The translations under genes and the position numbers were made by a program. Positions 46,179-56,821 of a DNA stretch of 64,000 nt are shown here, one piece after another. Below the pieces are notes generated by a model. That model was given only the letters and a program-made list of their open reading frames with translations. It searched no databases and was not told the origin of the DNA. Position 1 is the first letter of the stretch. Each line of letters begins with the position of its first letter. Source of the stretch: an uncultured Gammaproteobacteria bacterium (GTDB taxonomy: Bacteria; Patescibacteriota; Patescibacteriia; UBA9934); contig CAYVLY010000001.1 in assembly GCA_964452565.1 (NCBI GenBank), forward strand, positions 78,638 through 142,637, in the 5' to 3' direction.

Positions 46179-47981
46179 ATGACCTCACAAGATAGAATCA
46201 GAAATTTTTGCATTATTGCGCATATTGACCACGGCAAGTCTACACTTGCCGATCGTTTGCTTGAAAAAACTGGAACTGTGGATAAACGTCAAATGAAAGA
46301 GCAGGTTTTGGATCAGATGGAACTTGAACGCGAACGTGGAATCACTATCAAGCTTGCTCCTGTGCGGATGAAGTATGTGAAGGATGGTAAGGAATTTACA
46401 CTTAACTTGATAGACACTCCTGGGCACGTTGACTTCAGCTATGAGGTTTCACGATCTTTGGCTGCGGTTGAAGGTGCTATATTGCTTGTTGATGCAACTC
46501 AGGGAGTTCAGGCGCAGACACTGGCAAACCTTTATCTTGCATTGGATCAGAACCTTGAGATTATCCCAGTCCTTAATAAGATCGATCTTCAAAACGCAGA
46601 TGTGCCAACTCGCACAAAAGAGATAATGGCTTTGATCGGGTGCAAAGAAAAAGATGTCATTGCGGTTTCAGCAAAGACTGGAGAAAATGTTGAATTGCTT
46701 TTAGATAAAGTTGTTGATTCAGTGCCAGCGCCTGAGGGCAGGGATGTTGAATCTACGCGCGCGCTTGTTTTTGACTCCCATTACGATGATTACAAAGGCG
46801 TAGTTGCATATGTTCGAGTTATAGATGGCGCCCTTCGAAAGCGTGATCAGATGAAGATGATGGCAACTAAAACTACAGCTGAGATTATTGATGTGGGCGC
46901 TCTGAAACCTGAATTTGCAAGTACTGATGTTCTTGGAACTGGACAGATTGGATATGTAGTTACAGGTCTTAAAGATATCCAGGGATGTCAGGTGGGAGAT
47001 ACAATGACACTCTCTGCCTCAACAGATGTTGATCCGCTTGGGGGTTACAAAAAGGTCCAACCCATGGTGTTTGCCGGAATATTTCCGCAAGAGGGAGATG
47101 ACTATAGCGCTCTTCGCGATGCAATGGATCGTCTTAAGCTCAATGACGCAGCTCTTGTTTATGAGCCGGAACAGTCTCCAGCACTTGGTTTTGGATTTCG
47201 TGCAGGGTTTCTTGGAATGCTTCACCTTGAGATATTGAAAGAACGACTTGAACGTGAGTTTGGACTTCATCTCGTTGTCACAGTTCCGTCGGTAGCTTAT
47301 AACGTGTATTCTCGAGGATCCCTTAAGCCAGATCTAGTAAAGAGTGCACTTGATTTACCTGATGCTGGGCATGTTGATAAAATTGAGGAGCCTTGGGCTA
47401 ATCTAGATATCATTACACCAGTTGAGTATATCGGGGGTGTGATGACATTCACGCAGGAAAGATTTGGAATATACAAAAATACAGAATATTTGTCTGAGGG
47501 CAGAGCGATTTTAAAGTATCAAATCCCGCTTTCATCTTTAATTGTTGATTTTTACGACAAGCTAAAGAGTATAAGTAGCGGATTTGCTTCCATGAACTAC
47601 GATGTTTTTGAGTATCGTGAGGCTGACGTTGTTCGACTTGATATATTAGTTGCAGATGATGTAATTGATGCATTATCTACCTTTGTATACAGAGATGATG
47701 CACATTCTGCAGGCAAACGTATTATCAAGACTCTAAAAGATTCAATTCCTCGACAACAGTTTGTCATTAAGATTCAGGCCGCAGTTGGTGGTAAAATAGT
47801 TGCAGGGGATCGACTCTCTGCTCTTCGAAAGGATGTTACTGCAAAGTTATATGGCGGAGACGTTACACGAAAACGAAAGCTTCTTGAGAAGCAGAAAAAG
47901 GGAAAGAAGCGGATGCTTGCAATGGGTAAGGGAAAGGTTCAGATTCCAAGTGAAGCATATTTAAATGTACTTAAGCGTTAA
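46179..47981 (+). CDS. lepA: Elongation factor 4
   Basis: AHIDHGKSTL, DTPGHVDF, NKID, GFLG.LH, RKDVTAKLYGGD.TRKRKLLEKQK.GK. Confidence 0.98.
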   Translation: MTSQDRIRNFCIIAHIDHGKSTLADRLLEKTGTVDKRQMKEQVLDQMELERERGITIKLAPVRMKYVKDGKEFTLNLIDTPGHVDFSYEVSRSLAAVEGAILLVDATQGVQAQTLANLYLALDQNLEIIPVLNKIDLQNADVPTRTKEIMALIGCKEKDVIAVSAKTGENVELLLDKVVDSVPAPEGRDVESTRALVFDSHYDDYKGVVAYVRVIDGALRKRDQMKMMATKTTAEIIDVGALKPEFASTDVLGTGQIGYVVTGLKDIQGCQVGDTMTLSASTDVDPLGGYKKVQPMVFAGIFPQEGDDYSALRDAMDRLKLNDAALVYEPEQSPALGFGFRAGFLGMLHLEILKERLEREFGLHLVVTVPSVAYNVYSRGSLKPDLVKSALDLPDAGHVDKIEEPWANLDIITPVEYIGGVMTFTQERFGIYKNTEYLSEGRAILKYQIPLSSLIVDFYDKLKSISSGFASMNYDVFEYREADVVRLDILVADDVIDALSTFVYRDDAHSAGKRIIKTLKDSIPRQQFVIKIQAAVGGKIVAGDRLSALRKDVTAKLYGGDVTRKRKLLEKQKKGKKRMLAMGKGKVQIPSEAYLNVLKR

Positions 47982-47982
47982 T

Positions 47983-48084
47983 ATGGCTCGAAAATCAAAA
48001 AAACTGCAAAGAGTTTTAGGTATCATTGCACTGATCGCAATGGTTTCTATGACTTTTGCATCACTCGCATACACAATGTTTTAG
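47983..48084 (+). CDS. 33-aa single-TM peptide (not in ORF track)
   Basis: MARKSKKLQRVLGIIALIAMVSMTFASLAYTMF, 1 nt after the lepA stop. Confidence 0.6.
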   Translation: MARKSKKLQRVLGIIALIAMVSMTFASLAYTMF

Positions 48085-48145
48085 AGGTGGTTTGATATCA
48101 GCTTTCGATTAAATCGAACGCTGGATTTAAACTAAACTCTTTTAA

Positions 48146-49831
48146 ATGAAGTTTAATTGGAAACTTCAGCCTAAGGCTGGAGAAACTCTTGTTGATCAAT
48201 TACTTGTAAATCGAGGCATTGACAATGAGGATAAGGAGGCATTTTTGCATCCAGACTGGGATCGCGATATTCACGATCCATTTTTATTTACTCAAATGCA
48301 AGAAGCTGTAGATAGAACTTTTGCTGCGATTGAAAAAGAGCAAAAAATTGTCATTCATGGCGACTATGATGCTGATGGCATTTGCGGGTCAACAATCATC
48401 GCTGATACGTTAGGTGAAATTACAAGGGTTTTAGGTTCAAGGTTGAACCTTGAAGCGTTTTTACCACATCGTGAACGTGATGGTTATGGCGTTGCAATGC
48501 ATACAATTGAACGTCTTAAAGATCAGAAGATCGAACTTCTCATAACTGTGGACTGCGGTATTGCAAATGCTACAGAGCTTAATGCGGCAGGTGAGGCTGG
48601 AATAGATGTGATTATTTGTGATCATCACCAACTTGGTGATGACCTTCCGGAAGATGCGATGATTATTCACCCCTTGGCGCCGGGCGAGGTTTATCCAAAT
48701 AAGAAACTTGCTGGGTCAGGTGTTGCATTTAAGTTTGCATGTGCACTTTTGAGTGAGGCGCGAAAGCGGGGTTTGGAAGTTCCTGCAGGCCATGAAAAAT
48801 GGCTGCTTGATCTAGTCGCGATCGCTACAGTAACTGACGTTGTTCCTCTTGTGGGTGAAAATCGAGTTCTTGAGAAGTTTGGGTTGATTGTTTTGAATAA
48901 GACTCGCCGACCAGGGTTGCATCGGATAATCGAAAATGCCAAGCTTGAGTTTGGAAATATAAACACAACAGATATCGGTTATCGAATTGGTCCGCGAATA
49001 AATGCATCAGGCCGTATCCGTGAAGCTCAGATTGCTTATGATGCACTAAACGCAAAAGATAAAAATGATGCAGCTGCGTATGCCTTGGAGCTTGAGATGA
49101 TCAACCGCGAACGTCAGCGTTTATCAGATGCAGCTTACAAAGAAGCTCGTTTACAAATCGAAGTAGATCAACACGTACACGTAATTTGGAATCAAACATG
49201 GGCGCCTGGCATTGTTGGTTTGGTAGCAGGAAAGATTGCACACGAGACAAATACATCAACTTTTGCTTTGACTATATCTGGTGATCAATATCTTGGGTCA
49301 GGTCGGTCAGCTCGTGGACTGCATTTGGTTGAGGCAATGCGATCTTGTGGGGATATCTTTGTTAAGGCTGGTGGTCATCCAGAGGCCTGTGGATTAACCA
49401 TCAAGGGCATTGAGATGGTTGAGATCTTCAAGATCCGAGTGAATGAGTTTGCGAAAGATAAACTAGCTTTAGCTGACGAAAAGCAGGAGCTTTTAATCGA
49501 TGCCGAGGTGAAGTTCGATGATATTGACTGGTTCCTATATGAGCAAGCATCGCAATTTGCACCATTTGGCAAAGGTAATACAGAGCCGATATTAATGATC
49601 AAGGATGTGCAGGTGGCATCGGTCAAAGTCATTGGATCAACTGGCAAGCATCTCAAACTTCGAATAGGAACAGAACAGCGATCAATTGATTGCATCGGAT
49701 TTGGATTTGGCCATCTTGGAACGTCGATCAAAATCGGATCTAAAATCGACTTAGCCTTTAGGATCAGCCTTAACGAATGGAACGGCCAGCGAAAACTTCA
49801 AATGGTTATTGAAGATATTGTGATAAAATAG
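48146..49831 (+). CDS. recJ: ssDNA exonuclease RecJ
   Basis: GDYDADG, TVDCGI, DHH, GPRINASGR, GSGRS, GGH, PFG.GN. Confidence 0.96.
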   Translation: MKFNWKLQPKAGETLVDQLLVNRGIDNEDKEAFLHPDWDRDIHDPFLFTQMQEAVDRTFAAIEKEQKIVIHGDYDADGICGSTIIADTLGEITRVLGSRLNLEAFLPHRERDGYGVAMHTIERLKDQKIELLITVDCGIANATELNAAGEAGIDVIICDHHQLGDDLPEDAMIIHPLAPGEVYPNKKLAGSGVAFKFACALLSEARKRGLEVPAGHEKWLLDLVAIATVTDVVPLVGENRVLEKFGLIVLNKTRRPGLHRIIENAKLEFGNINTTDIGYRIGPRINASGRIREAQIAYDALNAKDKNDAAAYALELEMINRERQRLSDAAYKEARLQIEVDQHVHVIWNQTWAPGIVGLVAGKIAHETNTSTFALTISGDQYLGSGRSARGLHLVEAMRSCGDIFVKAGGHPEACGLTIKGIEMVEIFKIRVNEFAKDKLALADEKQELLIDAEVKFDDIDWFLYEQASQFAPFGKGNTEPILMIKDVQVASVKVIGSTGKHLKLRIGTEQRSIDCIGFGFGHLGTSIKIGSKIDLAFRISLNEWNGQRKLQMVIEDIVIK

Positions 49832-49837
49832 TGTTAT

Positions 49838-50263
49838 ATGAACGTACGACTTTATACAGATGGAGGGGCGCGAGGGAATCCAGGACCAGCAGGCGCTGGG
49901 TTTGTTATATATGCGATTAATGATCAGGGCGAGCAGACTGATAGGCTTGTCGAGGGCAATGAGTACATGGGTGAGGCAACTAATAATCAAGCCGAGTACC
50001 ATGCGATTATTATTGGGCTTGAAAAGGCGCTTCAGCTCAACGCATCAACAGTTGATACTGTTATGGATTCTGAACTTGCAGTCAAGCAATTGAATCGTGA
50101 GTACAAAGTGAAAAATGAAGAGCTTGCAAAAAAGTTTGTGCAGATTCACAACATGCTCCACAGATTTGATAGAGTGACTTTTCGGCACGTTCGTCGTGAG
50201 CAAAATAAGGAGGCTGACGCGCAAGTGAATAAAGCAATCGACCAGGCTTTAGGTGTGGTATAA
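49838..50263 (+). CDS. rnhA: Ribonuclease HI family protein
   Basis: DGGARGNPG, TNNQAEY, DSEL, HVRREQN..AD. Confidence 0.9.
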   Translation: MNVRLYTDGGARGNPGPAGAGFVIYAINDQGEQTDRLVEGNEYMGEATNNQAEYHAIIIGLEKALQLNASTVDTVMDSELAVKQLNREYKVKNEELAKKFVQIHNMLHRFDRVTFRHVRREQNKEADAQVNKAIDQALGVV

Positions 50264-50288
50264 TCATTTTAGATTAGCATAATATTCA

Positions 50289-50368
50289 TGTCATTCCTGC
50301 GTAGGCAGGAATCCATCAATTATCGAATTCGATAGTCGATGGATCCCCGATCGTAGTCGGGGATGACA
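50289..50368. repeat. GTCAT-type REP-like element upstream of pilM
   Basis: TGTCATTCC..GGAATCC..GGATCCCC..GGGGATGACA. Confidence 0.85.
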
Positions 50369-50383
50369 AATTTTGAAGTACAT

Positions 50384-51541
50384 ATGGGACTTTTTTCAAA
50401 AAAAGAAGAATCAGCTGCCGGGATGATTGGAGTTGATATTGGAGCTGGTGGAATCAAGATGGTAGAACTCTTGCCACAAAGGGGAAGGGTGAAGCTTTCC
50501 ACCTATGGTCATGCTGAGCGTAAGTCACATACTGACGGTGCGTTGATTGATCAACCGCAAAAAGCAGCAAAGCTTATCCAAGAGATCATTAAAAAATCTG
50601 GGATGAAATCAGCTCAAGTGAATGCGGCGCTTCCATCACAGGCCGTGTTTCATGCGATTGTGACTATTGCCCAACCGAAAAGTAAAAAAGAAGATCTAAA
50701 GCCGCTTATCGAAGCTCAGGTAAAAAAGCTTTTACCTCGACCGCTTGATGAGATGATTTTGGACTCAACAGTTATTGATAAGCATCTTTTGCCAAAAGAT
50801 GAGCCACAGCCGAAAAAGAAACCAGAAAAAAAGGGTGAGAAAAAACAGGAAGGCAAAAAAACTGAGGAAATTCTGAAACGAAAAGAGCGAAAGCATATTC
50901 GGGTATTGATTTCAGGTGCGCCAAAAGATTTAGTTCAAAAGTACGTTGATATCTTCAAGCTTGCAAAGTTGCAACTCTCATCGCTTGAGACTGAGTCGTT
51001 TGCATTAATCCGATCGCTGATTGGAAAAGACATGTCACGAATCATGATTGTTGATATTGGGTATGAGCGTACAAATATTAATATTGTGAATCATGGTATT
51101 CCGTTCTTGCACCGTTCAATCAAAGCTGGTGGTATCAATGTTACAAATGCGATTTCAAAGCAGATGGGCGTATCCCCAGCGCAGGCTGAGCAAGTAAAGT
51201 TTGATCTTGCAATTGCGGCTCAAAAAGAACAAAAGATGCCAAATGTTGTGCGTGAGGCAGTAATGCCAATCTTGCATGAGGTCAAGTATGCACTTGAGCT
51301 TTACGATCAACAGGACTTTCACGAGCACTCAACAGTTGAAAAGATCATCTTAACAGGAGGATCTGCACACCTGCCATTCCTAGACCCATTTTTAACTGAA
51401 GCACTAAATATAAACGTATATTTGGGTAATCCATGGGCTCGTATTGCCTCACCAGAAGGGTCTCAAGTGGTTTTGAGTGAGATAGGACCACGAATGGCAG
51501 TTGCAGCAGGACTAGCAATGAAAATGCTTAAAGACGCATAG
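50384..51541 (+). CDS. pilM: Type IV pilus assembly protein PilM
   Basis: GVDIG...IK.VEL, VDIG...T, ILTGG.A, A.GLA. Confidence 0.9.
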   Translation: MGLFSKKEESAAGMIGVDIGAGGIKMVELLPQRGRVKLSTYGHAERKSHTDGALIDQPQKAAKLIQEIIKKSGMKSAQVNAALPSQAVFHAIVTIAQPKSKKEDLKPLIEAQVKKLLPRPLDEMILDSTVIDKHLLPKDEPQPKKKPEKKGEKKQEGKKTEEILKRKERKHIRVLISGAPKDLVQKYVDIFKLAKLQLSSLETESFALIRSLIGKDMSRIMIVDIGYERTNINIVNHGIPFLHRSIKAGGINVTNAISKQMGVSPAQAEQVKFDLAIAAQKEQKMPNVVREAVMPILHEVKYALELYDQQDFHEHSTVEKIILTGGSAHLPFLDPFLTEALNINVYLGNPWARIASPEGSQVVLSEIGPRMAVAAGLAMKMLKDA

Positions 51542-51542
51542 T

Positions 51543-51911
51543 ATGCGGTCTATATTGATCATCGCGTGTGATCCATTTTTAGCAGGAATCTACGGTCGAA
51601 AGTTTGAGCGTGATGGTTGGGATGTGGAGATAGCTGAAAACCTCGGTAATGGTAAGACCCAGATATCAAAAATGAAACCAGACATTGTTTTATTTGAAAA
51701 GGGATGTTCCACAGACCTAATCAAAATTGTGCGAGACTTGAAAGCACTTCCAACAATGCAGCAGTCAAAGCTAGTGATACTTGCGAGTGAGTCAGACCGT
51801 GAAGAGATTCAAAAGGCAAGAAACGCTGGCGCTGATCAATATCTTCTACTGGGACACTTTGTACCGCATGAGGCAGTTGAGAAGATGCGTGATCTTGTCA
51901 AAGTCTTATAA
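51543..51911 (+). CDS. Single-domain receiver protein with degenerate phosphorylation site
   Basis: REC pattern ILI..KPDIVL..GA..Y; E at the phosphoacceptor position. Confidence 0.75.
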   Translation: MRSILIIACDPFLAGIYGRKFERDGWDVEIAENLGNGKTQISKMKPDIVLFEKGCSTDLIKIVRDLKALPTMQQSKLVILASESDREEIQKARNAGADQYLLLGHFVPHEAVEKMRDLVKVL

Positions 51912-51951
51912 CTCTACCTACTTACTACTATCTACGTTATAATCGACCCAT

Positions 51952-52461
51952 ATGTATAAGAACGGATTTACAAAAGTTGAAGTCCTAATCATTGCTGCGA
52001 TAATCGGAGTCCTTGGAATTACAGCAGTATTTGCAGTGATGACAGCTCGGTCGCGGACTCGTGATGCTGTTAGGATGTCAGATGTGCGACAACTGCAAGC
52101 TGGACTTGAAATGTTCTTCATAGATTACAATACATATCCAGAGTCTCTTGACTACATGGCATTGGGAGCTGCAACAACGCAATGTTTAACATCGCAGGGC
52201 TTTACATCAAGTTGCTCTGAAGGAGGATACCTAGAAGCTGTACCAACTATGCCATCTGCTGGGCTGAAAGGACTTTCATCATGTAGCGATTTATCAAATA
52301 TGTATTGCTATGCAGCTGAAAACGGAGATTATAGGATTCATTTTGAACTGGAATATGATAATCCGCTCATCGGGCTTGAAAAGGGAATTAACTGTGTGAC
52401 ACCTGGTGGCTTAGAGCCTGGGGAATGCGACCCATTGCCAATTAGCGGCATAGAGGAATAA
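51952..52461 (+). CDS. Type IV pilin / pseudopilin-like protein
   Basis: G|FTKVEVLI class III signal; AR..TRDA.R.SD.RQLQ..LE.F. Confidence 0.88.
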   Translation: MYKNGFTKVEVLIIAAIIGVLGITAVFAVMTARSRTRDAVRMSDVRQLQAGLEMFFIDYNTYPESLDYMALGAATTQCLTSQGFTSSCSEGGYLEAVPTMPSAGLKGLSSCSDLSNMYCYAAENGDYRIHFELEYDNPLIGLEKGINCVTPGGLEPGECDPLPISGIEE

Positions 52462-52462
52462 T

Positions 52463-53254
52463 ATGATGGAAATCATCTGGACAATATTAGTGAGTCTTGG
52501 GGGAATCTGTGTTGGGTCATTCCTCAACACAGTTGTTTTTAGAACACAAAAAAATATCCCGATAAAAGAACGGTCAAAGTGTATGAAGTGCATGAAGCCT
52601 ATTCATTGGGTTGATAAGGTGCCGATTGTTAGTTTCTTTAACCTCAAAGGACGATGCCGAAGCTGTTCTGATATTATCCCATGGCAATATCCAATAATAG
52701 AAATGGCAACTGGGATCTTGTTTGGACTATTATTTGTGCGTGCCTTGTTCGGATTTGGCTTTTTCGGATTTGAAAGTCACTCAGAGTGGTTGATTGTGTT
52801 TGCTCGCGATGCGATTATTGCTTGCTTGCTTTTGATCATATTTGTCTACGATTACAAATATTCGATAATATTGGATCGATTCTCAGTCCCTGCCATTGGT
52901 GCGGCAATCGTATTTAATCTGATTTTGGGTGGTGACTCTGCGGACATGCTTCTGTCTGGACTGTTCATTGGATCATTCTTCGCATTCCAGTTTCTGATTT
53001 CTCGTGGTAAGTGGGTCGGATCAGGCGACATTCGTATGGGACTTTTAATTGGATTTTTATTTGGAGCCAAACTTGGAGTCGTAGCATTGTTGCTTTCCTA
53101 CGTCCTTGGAGCACTGGGCGGGCTATTCCTGATCGTATTTAGGCATCGAAAGCTTGAAAGCCACGTGCCATTCGGTACCTTCATGTCGCTTGCGATTATA
53201 TTGACGCTGTTCTTTGGTGAAGCAATGGCAAATTGGTATCTGGGGATGTTCTAG
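52463..53254 (+). CDS. pilD: Prepilin peptidase (A24)
   Basis: GSFLN, RSKC..C, GRCR.C, YD, GSGD, PFG.F. Confidence 0.92.
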   Translation: MMEIIWTILVSLGGICVGSFLNTVVFRTQKNIPIKERSKCMKCMKPIHWVDKVPIVSFFNLKGRCRSCSDIIPWQYPIIEMATGILFGLLFVRALFGFGFFGFESHSEWLIVFARDAIIACLLLIIFVYDYKYSIILDRFSVPAIGAAIVFNLILGGDSADMLLSGLFIGSFFAFQFLISRGKWVGSGDIRMGLLIGFLFGAKLGVVALLLSYVLGALGGLFLIVFRHRKLESHVPFGTFMSLAIILTLFFGEAMANWYLGMF

Positions 53255-53256
53255 TA

Positions 53257-53338
53257 TGTCATTCCTGGCCCAGACCAGGAATCCATCGTTTATCGAACTC
53301 GATAGTCGATGGATCCCGGCTCTACGGCCGGGATGACA
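53257..53338. repeat. GTCAT-type REP-like element downstream of pilD
   Basis: Core 53276-53317 is 39/42 identical to 50306-50347. Confidence 0.85.
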
Positions 53339-53346
53339 GTAAAATG

Positions 53347-53388
53347 ATAATTAAAAGACCCGCTCGATCGAGCGGGTCTTTTAATTAT
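53347..53388. terminator. Perfect 42-bp palindrome, likely bidirectional terminator
   Basis: ATAATTAAAAGACCCGCTCGA|TCGAGCGGGTCTTTTAATTAT between convergent genes. Confidence 0.8.
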
Positions 53389-53390
53389 GC

Positions 53391-54017
53391 CTACCAACCA
53401 ATCTCTTCAGCGGCAGTGCTTGCGGCTTCGTGCGCCTGCGCTTGTGCTGTAGACTTTAGCGCATCTGATTCGATTTCATCGATTTCATCAAGTATCTCCC
53501 TTGCTCCTTGTTCCCATGCAACTGCATCAGATTTCCATAATGGGTCTACATTGGTTTCGCGTTTTGATTCATCTTTGATCTGATCGACTGCACCTTCAGC
53601 CTTTTCTAGATTATGCGCAATAGCCGCTGTATCACGCAAAACTATTTCCATCTTTTGCTTTGTATTTCCAAGAATATTGTTCATAGCATCTACAAGACCT
53701 TCTGATGGTATATTTGCGTTAGCGATTATCTGCTTTGCATCCTCAAGTGCCTGTTTCATACCTTCAAAGCCTTTGTATGTTTTACCGTCTCGAGATGAGC
53801 TTAGATCAATTGTTGTGAGTAGCCCATCGATCTTTGATGAAAGATCATCAAATCCTTGCTGGGCTCTACGGACTTCGAGCTCAGCATCTTTGTTGTGTTT
53901 AGAAATATCCTCTGCAGATTGCTCCGATGTCTCTCTTATCGATTCGGTTCTAATCTCACCAGCTTCTTGTGAGTCAACTGGTCGTACTTCAGCATCTGCT
54001 TTTGATCCATCACGCAT
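53391..54017 (-). CDS. Hypothetical acidic helical protein
   Basis: 208 aa; TAATAT 7 nt before ATG. Confidence 0.7.
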   Translation of the reverse strand: MRDGSKADAEVRPVDSQEAGEIRTESIRETSEQSAEDISKHNKDAELEVRRAQQGFDDLSSKIDGLLTTIDLSSSRDGKTYKGFEGMKQALEDAKQIIANANIPSEGLVDAMNNILGNTKQKMEIVLRDTAAIAHNLEKAEGAVDQIKDESKRETNVDPLWKSDAVAWEQGAREILDEIDEIESDALKSTAQAQAHEAASTAAEEIGW

Positions 54018-54171
54018 ATATTGTATATTACAAGCTTATTGTAGCAGGTCGGATGTTATTGGCTACTTTTATCCACAGCAAGGTCCAACCTCCGGGAGGT
54101 TGGACCTTGGATTAGAACGAACAACCCCGCGTCACGATGACGCGGGGGTGAGTCCAGGAGACGAGGGTGGC

Positions 54172-54447
54172 CTACATCCTGGAGATGTTGCCCTTGCGGG
54201 TGTCGGTGCGGTAGTAGCCCCCGATATTGTCGCCGTCTTTGTTGTGGCCTTCGTAGTTCCAGCTTTCGCCGGATCCGTCCTCGCGCTGGACCGAGTCGAT
54301 GCCGACCTTGATCTGACTACTGCCATCCGGTGTCGTGACCTCGAAGGTCACGAAGCGGCGGCTTGATGCGGTGTTGTCGAAGAGGCCGAGCATCAGGTCC
54401 CATTTGCTGGGGCCGTTGACGATCTTGTGCGTGGGGTTGGAGGACAT
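54172..54447 (-). CDS. Small hypothetical beta-rich protein (GC-rich orphan)
   Basis: TTGACA-N17-TATATT (54581-54553); AAAGGGGTGA SD; hairpin about 54125-54148. Confidence 0.7.
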   Translation of the reverse strand: MSSNPTHKIVNGPSKWDLMLGLFDNTASSRRFVTFEVTTPDGSSQIKVGIDSVQREDGSGESWNYEGHNKDGDNIGGYYRTDTRKGNISRM

Positions 54448-54663
54448 ACGTCACCCCTTTCATCGTATACATGTGCAGATGAGCGGATGCATCTACAAAA
54501 CATCGTCACCCTTTCGGGTCACCTAGGTATACACCCAGGAATTTGGTTAACAAATATAGCATTAAAAAGCAGTTTTGTCAAGGCTAGCAGCTTATCCACA
54601 GAGCGGGATCATTCAGTAAAACCAGCTAAATCCGCACTACAGTAAAAGCGTCAAATTTGATAA

Positions 54664-56724
<2,061 letters not shown>

Positions 56725-56752
56725 CGGTAGCGAATATAGGTATTCCAGAAGC

Positions 56753-56798
56753 CGTCATCCCGAGCGACCGAGCGTTTACGCGAGGAGTCGAGGGATCT
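56753..56798. repeat. GTCAT-type REP-like half element
   Basis: CGTCATCCCGAGCGACC..GAGTCGAGGGATCT. Confidence 0.7.
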
Positions 56799-56821
56799 TT
56801 TTGAAGAAGTAATAACAATAT

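Noticed and set aside
53677-54366. 229-aa plus-strand ORF
   Set aside because: Runs antisense across two minus-strand genes and intergenic hairpins; no motifs.
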